Assembly (NCBI GenBank): GCA_043824495.1
Contig: JBDRSV010000024.1
Location: 91,056-155,055, forward strand
Origin: Candidatus Aenigmatarchaeota archaeon
Lineage (GTDB): Archaea; Aenigmatarchaeota; Aenigmatarchaeia; QMZP01
Direction of reading: 5' to 3'
Length of the DNA: 64,000 bases
This document shows positions 17,755 through 27,740 of the stretch, piece by piece. Within the stretch, counting starts at the first letter, position 1, and every line of letters begins with the position of its first letter. The notes below the pieces were generated by a model that saw nothing but the letters and a program-made list of their open reading frames with translations, made no database searches and was not told the origin of the DNA. A program made the translations under genes and the position numbers.

Positions 17755-19629
17755 TTACTTCAGAAGCGTCATCTTTTTGCTTTCCGTCAGGCTGGCCGTT
17801 TGCAACCGATAGAAGTACATACCGGACGCGACGGCCTTACCGTAGCGGTCGGTTCCGTCCCAGCTAACCTGATGTGTTCCTTCGGGCTGGGACCCGTTGA
17901 CGAGAGTGGCAACGTTGCGGCCGAGGATATCAAAGACCTCTAGCTTTACGTCTCCTCCCTGAGTCAACTGATAGGAAATCACGGTTCCGGCGTTGAAGGG
18001 GTTCGGGTAGTTCTGGTTCAAGCTGAATGATGTAGGAACGGCTCCTGTTGTCTTGTACGCGATGTTCAGCGTACCTAATGGAATCCACCCAGCCGGAACT
18101 GTCCGGCTGTTGTTGATCTCGTCAGCTATCGTTTTGGCCAACTCGTGATCGCCGAATGGATCGTCGATCAAGTTGTCGCAGTATGTTACCGCCTGTGACA
18201 CAGTCGCGCCGTCATCGCTAATCACAGCGGTTTGTGCCAGTTTGCCGCTAGCGACATTGAGTAGCAAAGCCATGAGTTGCTGTCTGGCTCGATCAATCAT
18301 GTCAACGCTGCCCTTGAGGTTCAGCAACGTCTTCGCGACTTCGAGCTTGTCTTCACAAAGATCCGACACGGGTGGATCGTACACGACGACCTCGTTCACT
18401 GCGTTCGAGTTGAAGTGGCCCGCGATGAGGTCGAGATAGCTACACAGAGTTGAAGCATCGATTTGCGCGCGGCCATTCCCACCAGTAGCGACGCCGACGT
18501 TGTGTTTCCAGAAGCCGATTGTTCGTTGTTCTCCAGCGTCTGACGGGCATCCCAATTCAAAGTCGATTTGGGCTGTGCCTTCACAATCGAGATCGACGGA
18601 CTGTTCGCTCGGAAATGCCGTATACCCGAGGGGGCCAACAAATGATACCATGTAGCTGGCCTCACCCGGGAGGTTCTCGAAATCGTAGTAACCGGCTTCA
18701 TCAGTCACAGCCGATTCTACAAGTACACCGGTGGCATCGAAGACATCAATCGTGATACCAAGAACAGAGCAGTCAGCACTCAGTGTGCCCTCAATTGCGG
18801 CGAAGCATTCTTCCTCTCCACCTCCGCATGCACACGTTCCATCTTCCACCTCAATGGCGGTGATGGTGTTGTCGTAGGCGTCCTTTGACCAGACGACGGT
18901 CAACGGCGCGAAGTTGATGACGTCGCATTCGAGATCCTCATCCCGACCACCGATCGTCGCGAAGTCACTGAGATACACGCCCGTTGTCTTGTCAATGCGA
19001 ACGATGTTGCCCAGACCATCGCGCCCGATGTAAAGGGTGTTCCCCGTCCCAACAATAACACCACTTATTCGATCCAGTGTATTGCCGGCCGCGTCGGTCG
19101 GATACAACGTTCCCAGATAGGCTCCCGAGCCCGCATCGAAGTGGTCAATGCCCGTTGATACATCATCGGAAACCCAGACACTGTTATCCGTCGCATCAAA
19201 GCCAATGCCGTCGATGAAACAGAAGCCCGGTGTTACCACAGAAAACTGGAAAGTGGCTACGCCGGTGGTGGGATCGATGAGATACACGTTCGCCGGACAT
19301 TCGTTGTCACTGCCTCCCCAGATCATGTTGCGCGTATTGTCCCATGCAATAGCGCCGATCGAAACTGGTGTGCCATCCGGTTTGAAAATGGAAACGAAGC
19401 CGAGATCGGTGCCGAATTTGTCTATCGAGTAGAGAGTTGGGTCGAAAGAGTTGGTGTAGAAAATCACACCATCACATCCAACTGCAACACCGATACCGAC
19501 ACCAGACGAGCTTGGAACAGGAACTGTGACGTTCGTGATGACATCACCGGGAGCTGCCATTGACGTAGCGGTGATAGCGGTGAAGAGGCAGAACACAACA
19601 AGCGCAGTGAAAGCTGTGAGACGCTTCAT
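17755..19629 (-). CDS. Secreted beta-propeller/CarboxypepD_reg-like protein with T9SS (Por) C-terminal sorting domain
   Basis: Signal peptide MKRLTAFTALVVFCLFTAITATSMA. The C-terminal NYPNPFNAGTVISYQL...VFDILGRNVATLV...GMYFYRLQT...KKMTLLK is the classic T9SS CTD pattern. GC-rich. Confidence 0.85.
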   Translation of the reverse strand: MKRLTAFTALVVFCLFTAITATSMAAPGDVITNVTVPVPSSSGVGIGVAVGCDGVIFYTNSFDPTLYSIDKFGTDLGFVSIFKPDGTPVSIGAIAWDNTRNMIWGGSDNECPANVYLIDPTTGVATFQFSVVTPGFCFIDGIGFDATDNSVWVSDDVSTGIDHFDAGSGAYLGTLYPTDAAGNTLDRISGVIVGTGNTLYIGRDGLGNIVRIDKTTGVYLSDFATIGGRDEDLECDVINFAPLTVVWSKDAYDNTITAIEVEDGTCACGGGEEECFAAIEGTLSADCSVLGITIDVFDATGVLVESAVTDEAGYYDFENLPGEASYMVSFVGPLGYTAFPSEQSVDLDCEGTAQIDFELGCPSDAGEQRTIGFWKHNVGVATGGNGRAQIDASTLCSYLDLIAGHFNSNAVNEVVVYDPPVSDLCEDKLEVAKTLLNLKGSVDMIDRARQQLMALLLNVASGKLAQTAVISDDGATVSQAVTYCDNLIDDPFGDHELAKTIADEINNSRTVPAGWIPLGTLNIAYKTTGAVPTSFSLNQNYPNPFNAGTVISYQLTQGGDVKLEVFDILGRNVATLVNGSQPEGTHQVSWDGTDRYGKAVASGMYFYRLQTASLTESKKMTLLK

Positions 19630-20175
19630 GGATTTTTATTCCTTAGGTTGTGAGGGAAATATGACCCTCCGGGTTTGTTTTTCGATTAGTTTCTGATTGT
19701 TTGTCGTTTACCACGTTTCCAAGTTAAGGTCCGCGAATCGCTATTTTCATTGGCATCCTCTCTTTGGGTTAATGTTGTCCGCACAAATTGCGGGATTAAA
19801 AGAAGGAAAGACACAAAAGATAGAGTATGTCTTATGTAGACTGAGAGTAAAATCATTCGAAGAATAAAGCTAATACTATTAAAACAAACATGCATGTTTG
19901 ATGTGTTTCTTTTCATGTTTTTTGTGTTAGCCAATGTACCGTTTCTATGGTTAATTGGATTGATTGAGTTGCAATCAATACAAATTTAAATGATGTTCGA
20001 ATGAGTAGCATGATTTAAATTGTATACAAAAATTGACGTTGATTCATCGTCGTTTTTTTGTGTTTTGGTATTTTTTTTGATTCTAGCTTGTCGCTTTTGT
20101 CAAGTCTTTAACTCAAGTATATAGCTTACAGGTATTTAAATGTTTTCTAACACATTTTTTTTAATTTTCTTTCTT

Positions 20176-20197
20176 TTATCCCTTTAAATAGACATAT
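20176..20197 (+). repeat. Junction motif copy e (TTATCCCTTTAAATAGACATAT)
   Basis: Read directly from the sequence. A T-run lies upstream and GC-rich block I4 lies downstream. Confidence 0.85.
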
Positions 20198-20206
20198 AAA
20201 AAGGCA

Positions 20207-20259
20207 AACGGGCGAAGATTTGGAGCCAAACTCTTCTTGATGTCTCACCTCCGCCCGTT
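20207..20259 (-). terminator. Compound hairpin next to motif copy e
   Basis: AACGGGCG (20207-20214) pairs with CGCCCGTT (20252-20259), with an inner GAAGATTTGG/CCAAACTCTTC stem. On the minus strand it is followed by TGCCTTTTTATAT. Confidence 0.4.
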
Positions 20260-21168
20260 AAATGCCGTTGTCCGGCCTATCAATTTACCCGCCGGTTAGG
20301 TGAGCACATGTGCTCGTGTCCCAGAGGCGCATGTTTTCATGCCCTCCTTTGCCGGGTTCTTACGCGAACGTGCTGCTTGACCGAGATAATGTAGCTGCCA
20401 GATTCCCCACAACCTTGTTATTGGTGGAACCGCGACAGCGGTCGGTCCAGTCCGTATGCATCGTAGCCTCACTTGGTGAAGGACTGCGAATCAAGAGACG
20501 GGGATTCAGAAGAATCCCCGTCTCACGAGTTGACGGTTGGTACGAGATATATCAAAGGAAGTCTTTATGCCATTGGGTGCATTCCGAAACCTTTAGCCTC
20601 GTCCGTCTCCGAGGGATCCTATCAAAGGTTTCATAAAGGAAATTTCATGGACCTCGTTACGATAGGATCGGAGTGGCGTAAAGCCACGGCCAGAACCTCG
20701 AGGTCCCCCAGGATAAGATCACCGTTTGAATATGAGTCAGCGGTGAACGTAAGGGTGCTGGCGATTCTTCTTCGCATTCAAACCCTCCAGGGAACACTTC
20801 GTAATTTGTGTTGTCAGCGGCTGTTTACGAATCGGCGGTGATCGTTTCCACCACGGTACATGTCGGCGTGGTGACAAACGATGAAGAAGCGACTTCAAAA
20901 CGCGCGCGGCCATTGCTCGGCGGCGGCGAATGAGCCCAGGCATTGACGGCGGTCGCGGCGGTATTCATCCAGGAAGCGACCACTGGTGACCCGCGAAGGG
21001 TCGGTAATCGGTTCATAGAGCAAGCTCCATTTCTTCCGATAGGAAAATTCCAATCCACTTTACAAACTCTCGCCTAAACAGAAAGTATTGTCACATAACT
21101 TTCCGTCGCAAAAGAGAATGTGAAGAGGAAACAATTTCGTACACCTCGTCAAGAGATCGTCTCCATTT

Positions 21169-21534
21169 TCACCCTACATGGGCTAGGCGAGAGGATAGAC
21201 CAGTTGCTGATAGAGATGTAGAGGGAACCGTTTTCATCCGAAGATCTCTCCCGTCCCTCAGGGAGTAAGTTGCTCGTCCACCAGGTTCCCATACCAAGGG
21301 AGCTGGCAACTCTGCCATTCTCTCTATCCGACTCTCTGTTGTCATCGCCACTACGGCAACAACTCTTAGCCTATCCGGCGTAGGATTATGAGAGTGTAGA
21401 GCGAATTCCTCGTTCCATGTTTGTTCTGTATCGCTGCCTGTTATGATATCCAATCCTGAAAACGGGATTGGGTCAGCGGTATAAACAATACAGGAACCAT
21501 ATATGAGGTAGCAGAGTGTCATGATTCCCAGCAT
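21169..21534 (-). CDS. Possible small secreted protein
   Basis: AAGGAG lies 5 nt upstream of the ATG, with a hydrophobic N-terminus MLGIMTLCYLIYGSCIVYTA. It is the only ORF in block I4 with a good RBS. Confidence 0.4.
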   Translation of the reverse strand: MLGIMTLCYLIYGSCIVYTADPIPFSGLDIITGSDTEQTWNEEFALHSHNPTPDRLRVVAVVAMTTESRIERMAELPAPLVWEPGGRATYSLRDGRDLRMKTVPSTSLSATGLSSRLAHVG

Positions 21535-23161
21535 GACAACTCCTTACAAGGGCACATGGTTATATGGTAAATGCTCTCTCCGTCAACAAATCGTGCCCTC
21601 TAAGACATGTTTAGGAGAGAAAGGCGACAACTCATGAAGTGTTCTTCAGGTGGACCCGTCATCACTGTTATTGCGTTGACGGCCTTCTCCTTGACCCGGA
21701 CTTAGACGTGTGGCTTTCGGTGTTTTCGCGGCGCGTTTCTGCTGTTTTGGACTACGCTTCTTGTTGCTCGGAAGCCCGTCTCGGGCACCACCGTGACACG
21801 TCATGAAAGACCTCGTTTGTGAGGAGTTCAGTTCAAGCTTGTGCTGGAACTGTTTGGAACGAGGAATTGTTACTCTTTACGGCGAGCGATTGTGTGTCAT
21901 CGTAACTCCTTGACAATGGTTTCCACAAGCTCCAAAATAAAAAAGAGCTGTTGTTTTCAAATTCAGTTGGGAATCTCCTAGCCCGCCCCCAGAACTGACT
22001 AGAGGAGATCCCCAACTTTTGTACAGCGCACCCCGTGCATTGTTTTCAGGGTGGAGGGGCCCGGCGGTCAACTGAGCCCCTCACTGGACGAATCGGTCAC
22101 AGATAACATGTTACGCATTACCGACTCGAAATCTATGCCACGGCAGTAGATGGAAGTGGTCGCATCTACCGCCGGGCTTCACGACGTTGTGCATTTTGTC
22201 GCCTTCAGCCTTACACAACGCCGTTATTTCCCCACCCACAGGGAATTTAATATCGCGGGGCCTCACTCAGGAGACCCCGCTTCCGTTGGGTTTACTACCG
22301 AATTGTTCGGTAGCGTTCTTCCACGACAGACATACGCACATGCGCACGTCTTCATTTCTTTGAGGACCTACTCATCTCCGATTTGAGTAGGTCCTCGGCT
22401 CCCCACAACCCCCCGATCAGCACCGGGAATTTTTTTGAGGGGAAATCTGAGCAGATATCTCAGACTCCCCTCCCGTCAGGTCTACCGACCAGCACTTCCG
22501 GTTGGACGCCGGAAATTCTTTATTAGAAGGGGTTTCCCCTCTCCAAGAAACCCCTTCCTCTTCGGCGTAGCGCGTCTCACGCGCTTTAGTGCATCGATCC
22601 CCACCGATCAGGTAAAACCCTTGGATGGTTCTCTCCCCGAACCCCCACTGAAATATTTTGGAACCCCTCATAGATCCCCGTAATCTCCGAGAGGTTCCGA
22701 CAGCAGCACCATACAAATGGGACTACCGTGACAATCAAAAATACCGGAATCCACCGCGTCAGAAGAGGATTCCGGTATTCTACATCGCTGGTTGTGTTGA
22801 GAGCTTACCCCTTACTGGTCTTAACGAGTATGTTACGTCGGACTTCCTTTCACCAAATATACGGGTCACTACAGAATACCCGATCGATCCGCTTTGTTGT
22901 CTTAATCTCACCAGCGGATAGTGACGCGGTTACAGCCAGCGATTTCGCCTTTATACAACAGGCGTCTCCAAACCAAAATGGAAATTGGAGTTGTTGCTTC
23001 CACACTTCCGGATTTCCCCCTCCGGTAAACTCTAAGGTACTGATAGGTGACCGCTCGTGTTTCTTGTGTTCGCAATTGCCGATTGCATCAAGCTCTTCGT
23101 AGATCTAGATCTGGAAGTAATTAGCAAACGATCACAATAAACAGACAACTGGGAGAAGTCC

Positions 23162-23788
23162 ATTTCTACCAGTACCTGGATTTTCTAACCCTCGGGAGGT
23201 GTGTACAAGCCTAAGCAGAGTTTGTCCTGTTGAATTGGCCCCGAGGGTAAGTGGCCTTCCGGAAGAGAATTGGTGAGGTCCTGTAACAGAACTCTATCTC
23301 ATTCCGGGGTAAAGCTCAAGGCACAGCCAGAAGGAGACGTATTACCTTGAGAAGTTGGTCTCCCGAGTGAAGAAATTCGAGATGTCCCATCGATGAAGGA
23401 CATCTCTTCTCCACTCGGGCTCATTCGTCAGCCTGGAAGGAGAAGTGCAAGAGTTTTCGCGCAATTACTCTCTCTCCTCCCGGGAAATTTATGACCTCCT
23501 GGTCCGAAACTTGTGCCGCGGTAAACCAGAAGGCGTAACTGCTAGGCTATGTGACGGCCACAGCAGTAGGGATCGAATCCAATACACGAAAGACAGCTAA
23601 GACTAACTCTGTCTCGTGTGGTTTACGAGTAAAATTCAGAAATCGATAGTCTTCGGCCTCTTCGAGGGAAACTGCTTAAGCGCTTAATTGCAGCGCGTTA
23701 TGTTTCCTGGTAAGTGACCTGTTCTCTAGGATGTACCGAAGGCTAACTTAGTTAGTCTCGGGAAATTCGCGTGTGATTGGTAGAAATG
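23162..23788. ncRNA. Candidate ~630-nt structured RNA (family unknown, strand undetermined)
   Basis: CATTTCTACCA (23162-23172) is complementary to TGGTAGAAATG (23778-23788). Internal helices include CCCTCGGG/CCCGAGGG and GAGATGTCC/GGACATCTC (23379-23406). No ORF. Confidence 0.35.
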
Positions 23789-23949
23789 AAACATGAAATG
23801 TCCTTATATATAAATGTAATTTAATTACTTAAATAGGTTGATGGATAGCTTTAAAAAGGTACTATTAAAATTATTTTTTTGTGAAGGGATCGATATACCA
23901 AGTGCTTCCAAAAATAAAGAGTAGAAAAAAATAAGAGTGAAAAAAGCAA

Positions 23950-25992
23950 TTAACCAATGAATTCAACCTTTTCAAAACTGCCGTTTTCTTCAAATTTGTC
24001 TAATGTTGATACGAAAATTATTACTTTTTTCTTGTCTTCTTTACAGATTCTAGCTGCTTGTTGTATTACCATGTTCTTGATTCTGTCTGAAGCACATATG
24101 AAATGATTGCTTTGTTTCAAGTCCTGATAAATTAATTCTCTATCATCTGTGTCTTCAACCATTATAGTTAATTCTTTTCCATCGTTCTGTAAATATATTC
24201 TGTTACCTTCTTGTTCACTCTTCCATCCGACTTCATTAAAGGTCTGCATGATACCTGTTAAGTTCAATTCTTTTTTCTGTGTTGAGTTACCAAATTTATT
24301 AGTGAAAACTTTCTCTCCTATATTTGTAAGAAAGTAATAACATAATCTATTCTTCTTAACTTTAGCATCAGCTGAATCAACTAATCCGTTATAAGTTAAG
24401 TTCTCAACCTTTTTCTTGAAAGTTGCTCCTGACATTTTTACATTTGTGTATATCTGAGATGTGTAAGCAGCACTACCATTACCAATGGTTTTCATCATAG
24501 CCCACTCTTGTTCTCCTAAATCCTCAATTGGAAGAGAGTTTATGAATTCTTCTTCCTTTACTGGAGGAGGTGAGTAGCTATCTTCTTTAGCTATTCTGTC
24601 TTTCATGTGCTCTCTGATATCATCATCTACAATAGAGTTCTTAACCAGTTTAGCCTTGTCGAATTTTACAAGGAATGGTTCTGGGAAATTCATAGAGTGT
24701 CTCAAAAGCATGAAACCGTGACCTACTGGCAGTCTTCTTAGATACTTACCTTCTTCTCTAGAATCAAGACCAAGCATGTTTGAAGCGTCTTGAATATCTG
24801 AAGTATGTTTTGTATCCAAACCTAGATTCATGTATATATGAGTAGAAGTATTACCAATTGCTGGATATGAAACTAAAGATGGATGCTGATCTATGTATAT
24901 CATTCCTAATCCTAATTCTCTAATTTCTCTAAATATTAATTCTACAACGGTTTCTGATCCTAATTTGGCAGATTTTTCTCTGTTAAGAACATGATGAGCT
25001 TCTTCCATCACTATACATCCTATGACTTCTTCTTTTCCGCCTTCTACGAGTAACCAATCTCTTATCCACTGTAGAATTATTTCTATGATAAAGCTCTTAT
25101 CATTAACATCAAGAGCATCTAATTCTAGAATTGTTACCTTTCCTTTCTTGAAGAAATCAGATGGTTTTATACCTTCTACACAGTCGAATATATGACCTGT
25201 GTCTTTGAAGCATAATGACTCTAATGGTCTTTCAGCTGTTGCTAACCAGTTTCTTTCTCTTGTTGGCAGCTTACCTTCTGCATATTCTGCTAAGTAATCT
25301 TTAAGGTCAAACAGTGTTGGATTTTTCTTTTCCTTGAAAACTCCATCTAAAGCTTTCAAGATTACGTGTCTTCCACCACCGAGTAACCAGTAAGAATGAT
25401 CGAATATTGAAGAGAACTCTTTCATCCACTGTGTTTGACTAATTCCTTTAGGACCTTTCAGTGGATTGAATTTGAAAGGAGCTACGCCTCTTCCGATTGT
25501 GTAAATATCTATTTTGTCTTTAATTTTAGTTGATAGTAAATCTTTATAATTTCTCTTAGAGAAATCAAATATCAAAACAGGAATATCCTTTTCTGCTAAT
25601 TCTTCAATTAAGTTATATGAAATATTTGTTTTACCATAACCAGATGAACCAAATATTCCTATATGTGTAAGTAAGTTTTTCTCTTCTAGCATGATTGGAT
25701 ATAAACCCTTTCTTCCGTATAAAACATCACCTAATCTAATTGTTCCTTTAGCTGCTGCTTCTTGGCTAGGAGGTTCCATTAGTACTGTATCTCTTAGATC
25801 TTCATCAGCAGAAACTGCGGCTTTTATAACATCAAGTAGTTCGAAGATTCTTTGTCTTACATCTTCGTTTCCAACTAAGTAAGCTTTACTTAATCTCAAA
25901 GCTTTGTCTTTACCCAAGATTGGAGTAAGCTTCTTAATTTCATCTGCAATTAGTTTTTCTTGAATATTAATCATTTGTACCACCCAAATCAT
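23950..25992 (-). CDS. HerA/DUF87-type P-loop ATPase with C-terminal winged-helix-like region
   Basis: Walker A GIFGSSGYGKTN and Walker B-like GCIVMEEAHHV. 680 aa. Confidence 0.7.
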   Translation of the reverse strand: MIWVVQMINIQEKLIADEIKKLTPILGKDKALRLSKAYLVGNEDVRQRIFELLDVIKAAVSADEDLRDTVLMEPPSQEAAAKGTIRLGDVLYGRKGLYPIMLEEKNLLTHIGIFGSSGYGKTNISYNLIEELAEKDIPVLIFDFSKRNYKDLLSTKIKDKIDIYTIGRGVAPFKFNPLKGPKGISQTQWMKEFSSIFDHSYWLLGGGRHVILKALDGVFKEKKNPTLFDLKDYLAEYAEGKLPTRERNWLATAERPLESLCFKDTGHIFDCVEGIKPSDFFKKGKVTILELDALDVNDKSFIIEIILQWIRDWLLVEGGKEEVIGCIVMEEAHHVLNREKSAKLGSETVVELIFREIRELGLGMIYIDQHPSLVSYPAIGNTSTHIYMNLGLDTKHTSDIQDASNMLGLDSREEGKYLRRLPVGHGFMLLRHSMNFPEPFLVKFDKAKLVKNSIVDDDIREHMKDRIAKEDSYSPPPVKEEEFINSLPIEDLGEQEWAMMKTIGNGSAAYTSQIYTNVKMSGATFKKKVENLTYNGLVDSADAKVKKNRLCYYFLTNIGEKVFTNKFGNSTQKKELNLTGIMQTFNEVGWKSEQEGNRIYLQNDGKELTIMVEDTDDRELIYQDLKQSNHFICASDRIKNMVIQQAARICKEDKKKVIIFVSTLDKFEENGSFEKVEFIG

Positions 25993-26515
25993 TAAAGATC
26001 TTTAAGATCTTATTTTCTGTTTGTAGTTGTTCCAGGAGCTCTCTTAGCTCTGTTTTTAATTCTAATCCATCTCTCCAAAAAAGAATATTTTCTTGTCTTT
26101 TTTCTTTTCTGAGAATAGAAACATCAAGTTTGAAATTTCTCTTTTCATCGATGTCTGTGATATGATTCATCATATCGTCTTTTTCTTCGATGTCTTCTTC
26201 AATTTCTTTTAAGAATGTTTTGTGGAGAACTTCTCTTTCTTTCATAGTGTTTTCAATTTCACTAACTCTTATTTGCAAGAATTCTACTTTATCGAATAAG
26301 CTTCCAATAACTAGAGGATCATCTCTTTTTAGAGCAGTGAGTTTACTTTCTTCAAATCTTGGCATTGATCTTTTCTTAATAATTTGAACTTCTCTAACTT
26401 CGGGTTCATCTAGATCAATCTCATCATGTCTAATTAAAGACTCACGTCTTCTCTTTTTTGTAATGTCTTCATACTCGTCAAGAGTTTTATAATAGGGTTC
26501 CATTAATCTGTCCAT
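25967..26515 (-). CDS. Coiled-coil protein, overlaps the start of the ATPase gene
   Basis: 182 aa, highly charged with a heptad-like E/K/L-rich sequence. Confidence 0.5.
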   Translation of the reverse strand: MDRLMEPYYKTLDEYEDITKKRRRESLIRHDEIDLDEPEVREVQIIKKRSMPRFEESKLTALKRDDPLVIGSLFDKVEFLQIRVSEIENTMKEREVLHKTFLKEIEEDIEEKDDMMNHITDIDEKRNFKLDVSILRKEKRQENILFWRDGLELKTELRELLEQLQTENKILKIFNDLGGTND

Positions 26516-27342
26516 AATAATTACCTCGAGTGACCATTTGTCACTATCTGATAGTTAAAATATGTATAAAGGGTTTATAAAGCTTTCGGTTAGCTTGCAG
26601 TGTGCTGTTTTTGAGCGTAAAAATCGTGTACGAAAGACAATTTTCTTGGGTTTCCATGACTTTTGTGCCAACGAAAGACATATTCTGTCTTTAGTAAGAG
26701 AGTTAATAAAGATTTCTGTCTCGCGCCTTATAAAGGATCCGAATTGGATATTTTATATAGTAATTAATTACTATTGTAGAGATCTTTATTTACTTAAGTC
26801 TTTACATAAATAATTCTCAAATACTTTTTGTCTTTGCTAAAGTTTAATGCAGATTTTCCTCGAAACTTTTGTGGAAATTCTTGAAATCAAATGTCTTCTA
26901 GTTTTGCTAGAGCTTTTGAAGACATGGAAACTCTCATAAAACCCCAACCGAAAAGTATTTAAACCCTTTGACTATAATTTCACTATAGATTAGTGACAAC
27001 AAATTAAGAAATGTCTGAGTTATGTGTGGTGTCAAATCCTACATAACTATCTTTACAATCTACGCAACTTTGAATAAAAAGAATTTCGGGTTAAACTCGC
27101 AATTCTAAACTCAGAGAAATTGAGTGCACAGGAATTTAGGCGCGGCCTAAAATCCCCATAAGAAATCCAAAAAAATGACACGCTTTGTGTCAAAAAATGT
27201 GATTTGAGGGGGTTTGATTTCCTTAGCTCTGAGTATCTACTTTTCGAAAACCACGAAGACTCGCGTAACAATTCTAAGCAATAAATATAGTGAAATTCCA
27301 GACTTCTGTAGACTTTCGCTGTCTGACATAGAAATTAACAAG

Positions 27343-27353
27343 TTGACAATAAA
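27343..27353 (+). promoter_or_regulatory. TTGACAATAAAC box (sigma70 -35-like), first of three copies
   Basis: The same box recurs at 29367 (CTGACAATAAAC) and 30278 (TTGACAATTAAC), each 35-55 nt upstream of a start codon. Confidence 0.4.
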
Positions 27354-27377
27354 CGGAAACTTCTGGGAGGGATTGTC

Positions 27378-27740
27378 ATGAGAAATATCATGAGCTGTGT
27401 TTTCCTGCTGCTCACATTATTCCTGGTGAGTTGTGCGAAAAGTGGTCCGGAGCTGGGGAGTGATATCCGGATCAGTGGAACAATCGTCGACATGAGCGAA
27501 GGAGGTAGTAGGGATTTCCTGATCCAGTCCGGAGGAAAACTCTACCATTTCGGTACTCGACTGCAATTTAAATGGAGTAAACTTCGTGCGGGACATTACG
27601 TCACCGTGGATGGGAAGTTTGGGGGACCGTGCGAGGAAGCCTCAATGTTCAGACGCTACATGTACGACGACGAAGGGAACTTCATCAAGTCCCTCGAGGT
27701 CTATGACATCATCCATGTTTCGAACGTGGAGAGGCAGTGA
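27378..27740 (+). CDS. Putative lipoprotein
   Basis: MRNIMSCVFLLLTLFLVSCAKSG (lipobox LVSC), with GGGAGGG upstream. Confidence 0.6.
   Translation: MRNIMSCVFLLLTLFLVSCAKSGPELGSDIRISGTIVDMSEGGSRDFLIQSGGKLYHFGTRLQFKWSKLRAGHYVTVDGKFGGPCEEASMFRRYMYDDEGNFIKSLEVYDIIHVSNVERQ

Larger units (their letters stand above)
20198..23800. other. GC-rich block I4: ORF-poor, hairpin-dense 3.6 kb region
   Basis: The longest ORFs in any frame are 121-124 aa. There are many perfect 9-13 bp hairpins (coordinates in findings). Confidence 0.7.

Noticed and set aside
15241-20197. Interpreting the motif array as an integron cassette array (attC sites)
   Set aside because: There is no IntI-like recombinase. The repeat is a ~24 bp conserved sequence rather than a 60-140 bp structure with RYYYAAC/GTTRRRY cores. 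Some units are multi-gene (block I5 is 9 kb). Only the overall logic is similar.
20198-23800. Possibility that the ORF-less GC-rich block is an rRNA operon, RNase P/tmRNA, or a group II intron
   Set aside because: I could not find conserved rRNA stretches, the GGAAAGTCCGG-type RNase P core, a tmRNA tag region or a domain V-like hairpin, and there is no RT/maturase ORF. It is left as unknown structured sequence.
26976-27297. 12 bp inverted repeat AATTTCACTATA / TATAGTGAAATT about 300 bp apart, and other small hairpins in the 26.5-27.4 kb non-coding stretch (possible MITE, origin or ncRNA)
   Set aside because: A 12-mer inverted match is expected by chance at this scale in AT-rich sequence. There is no TSD and no further repeats.
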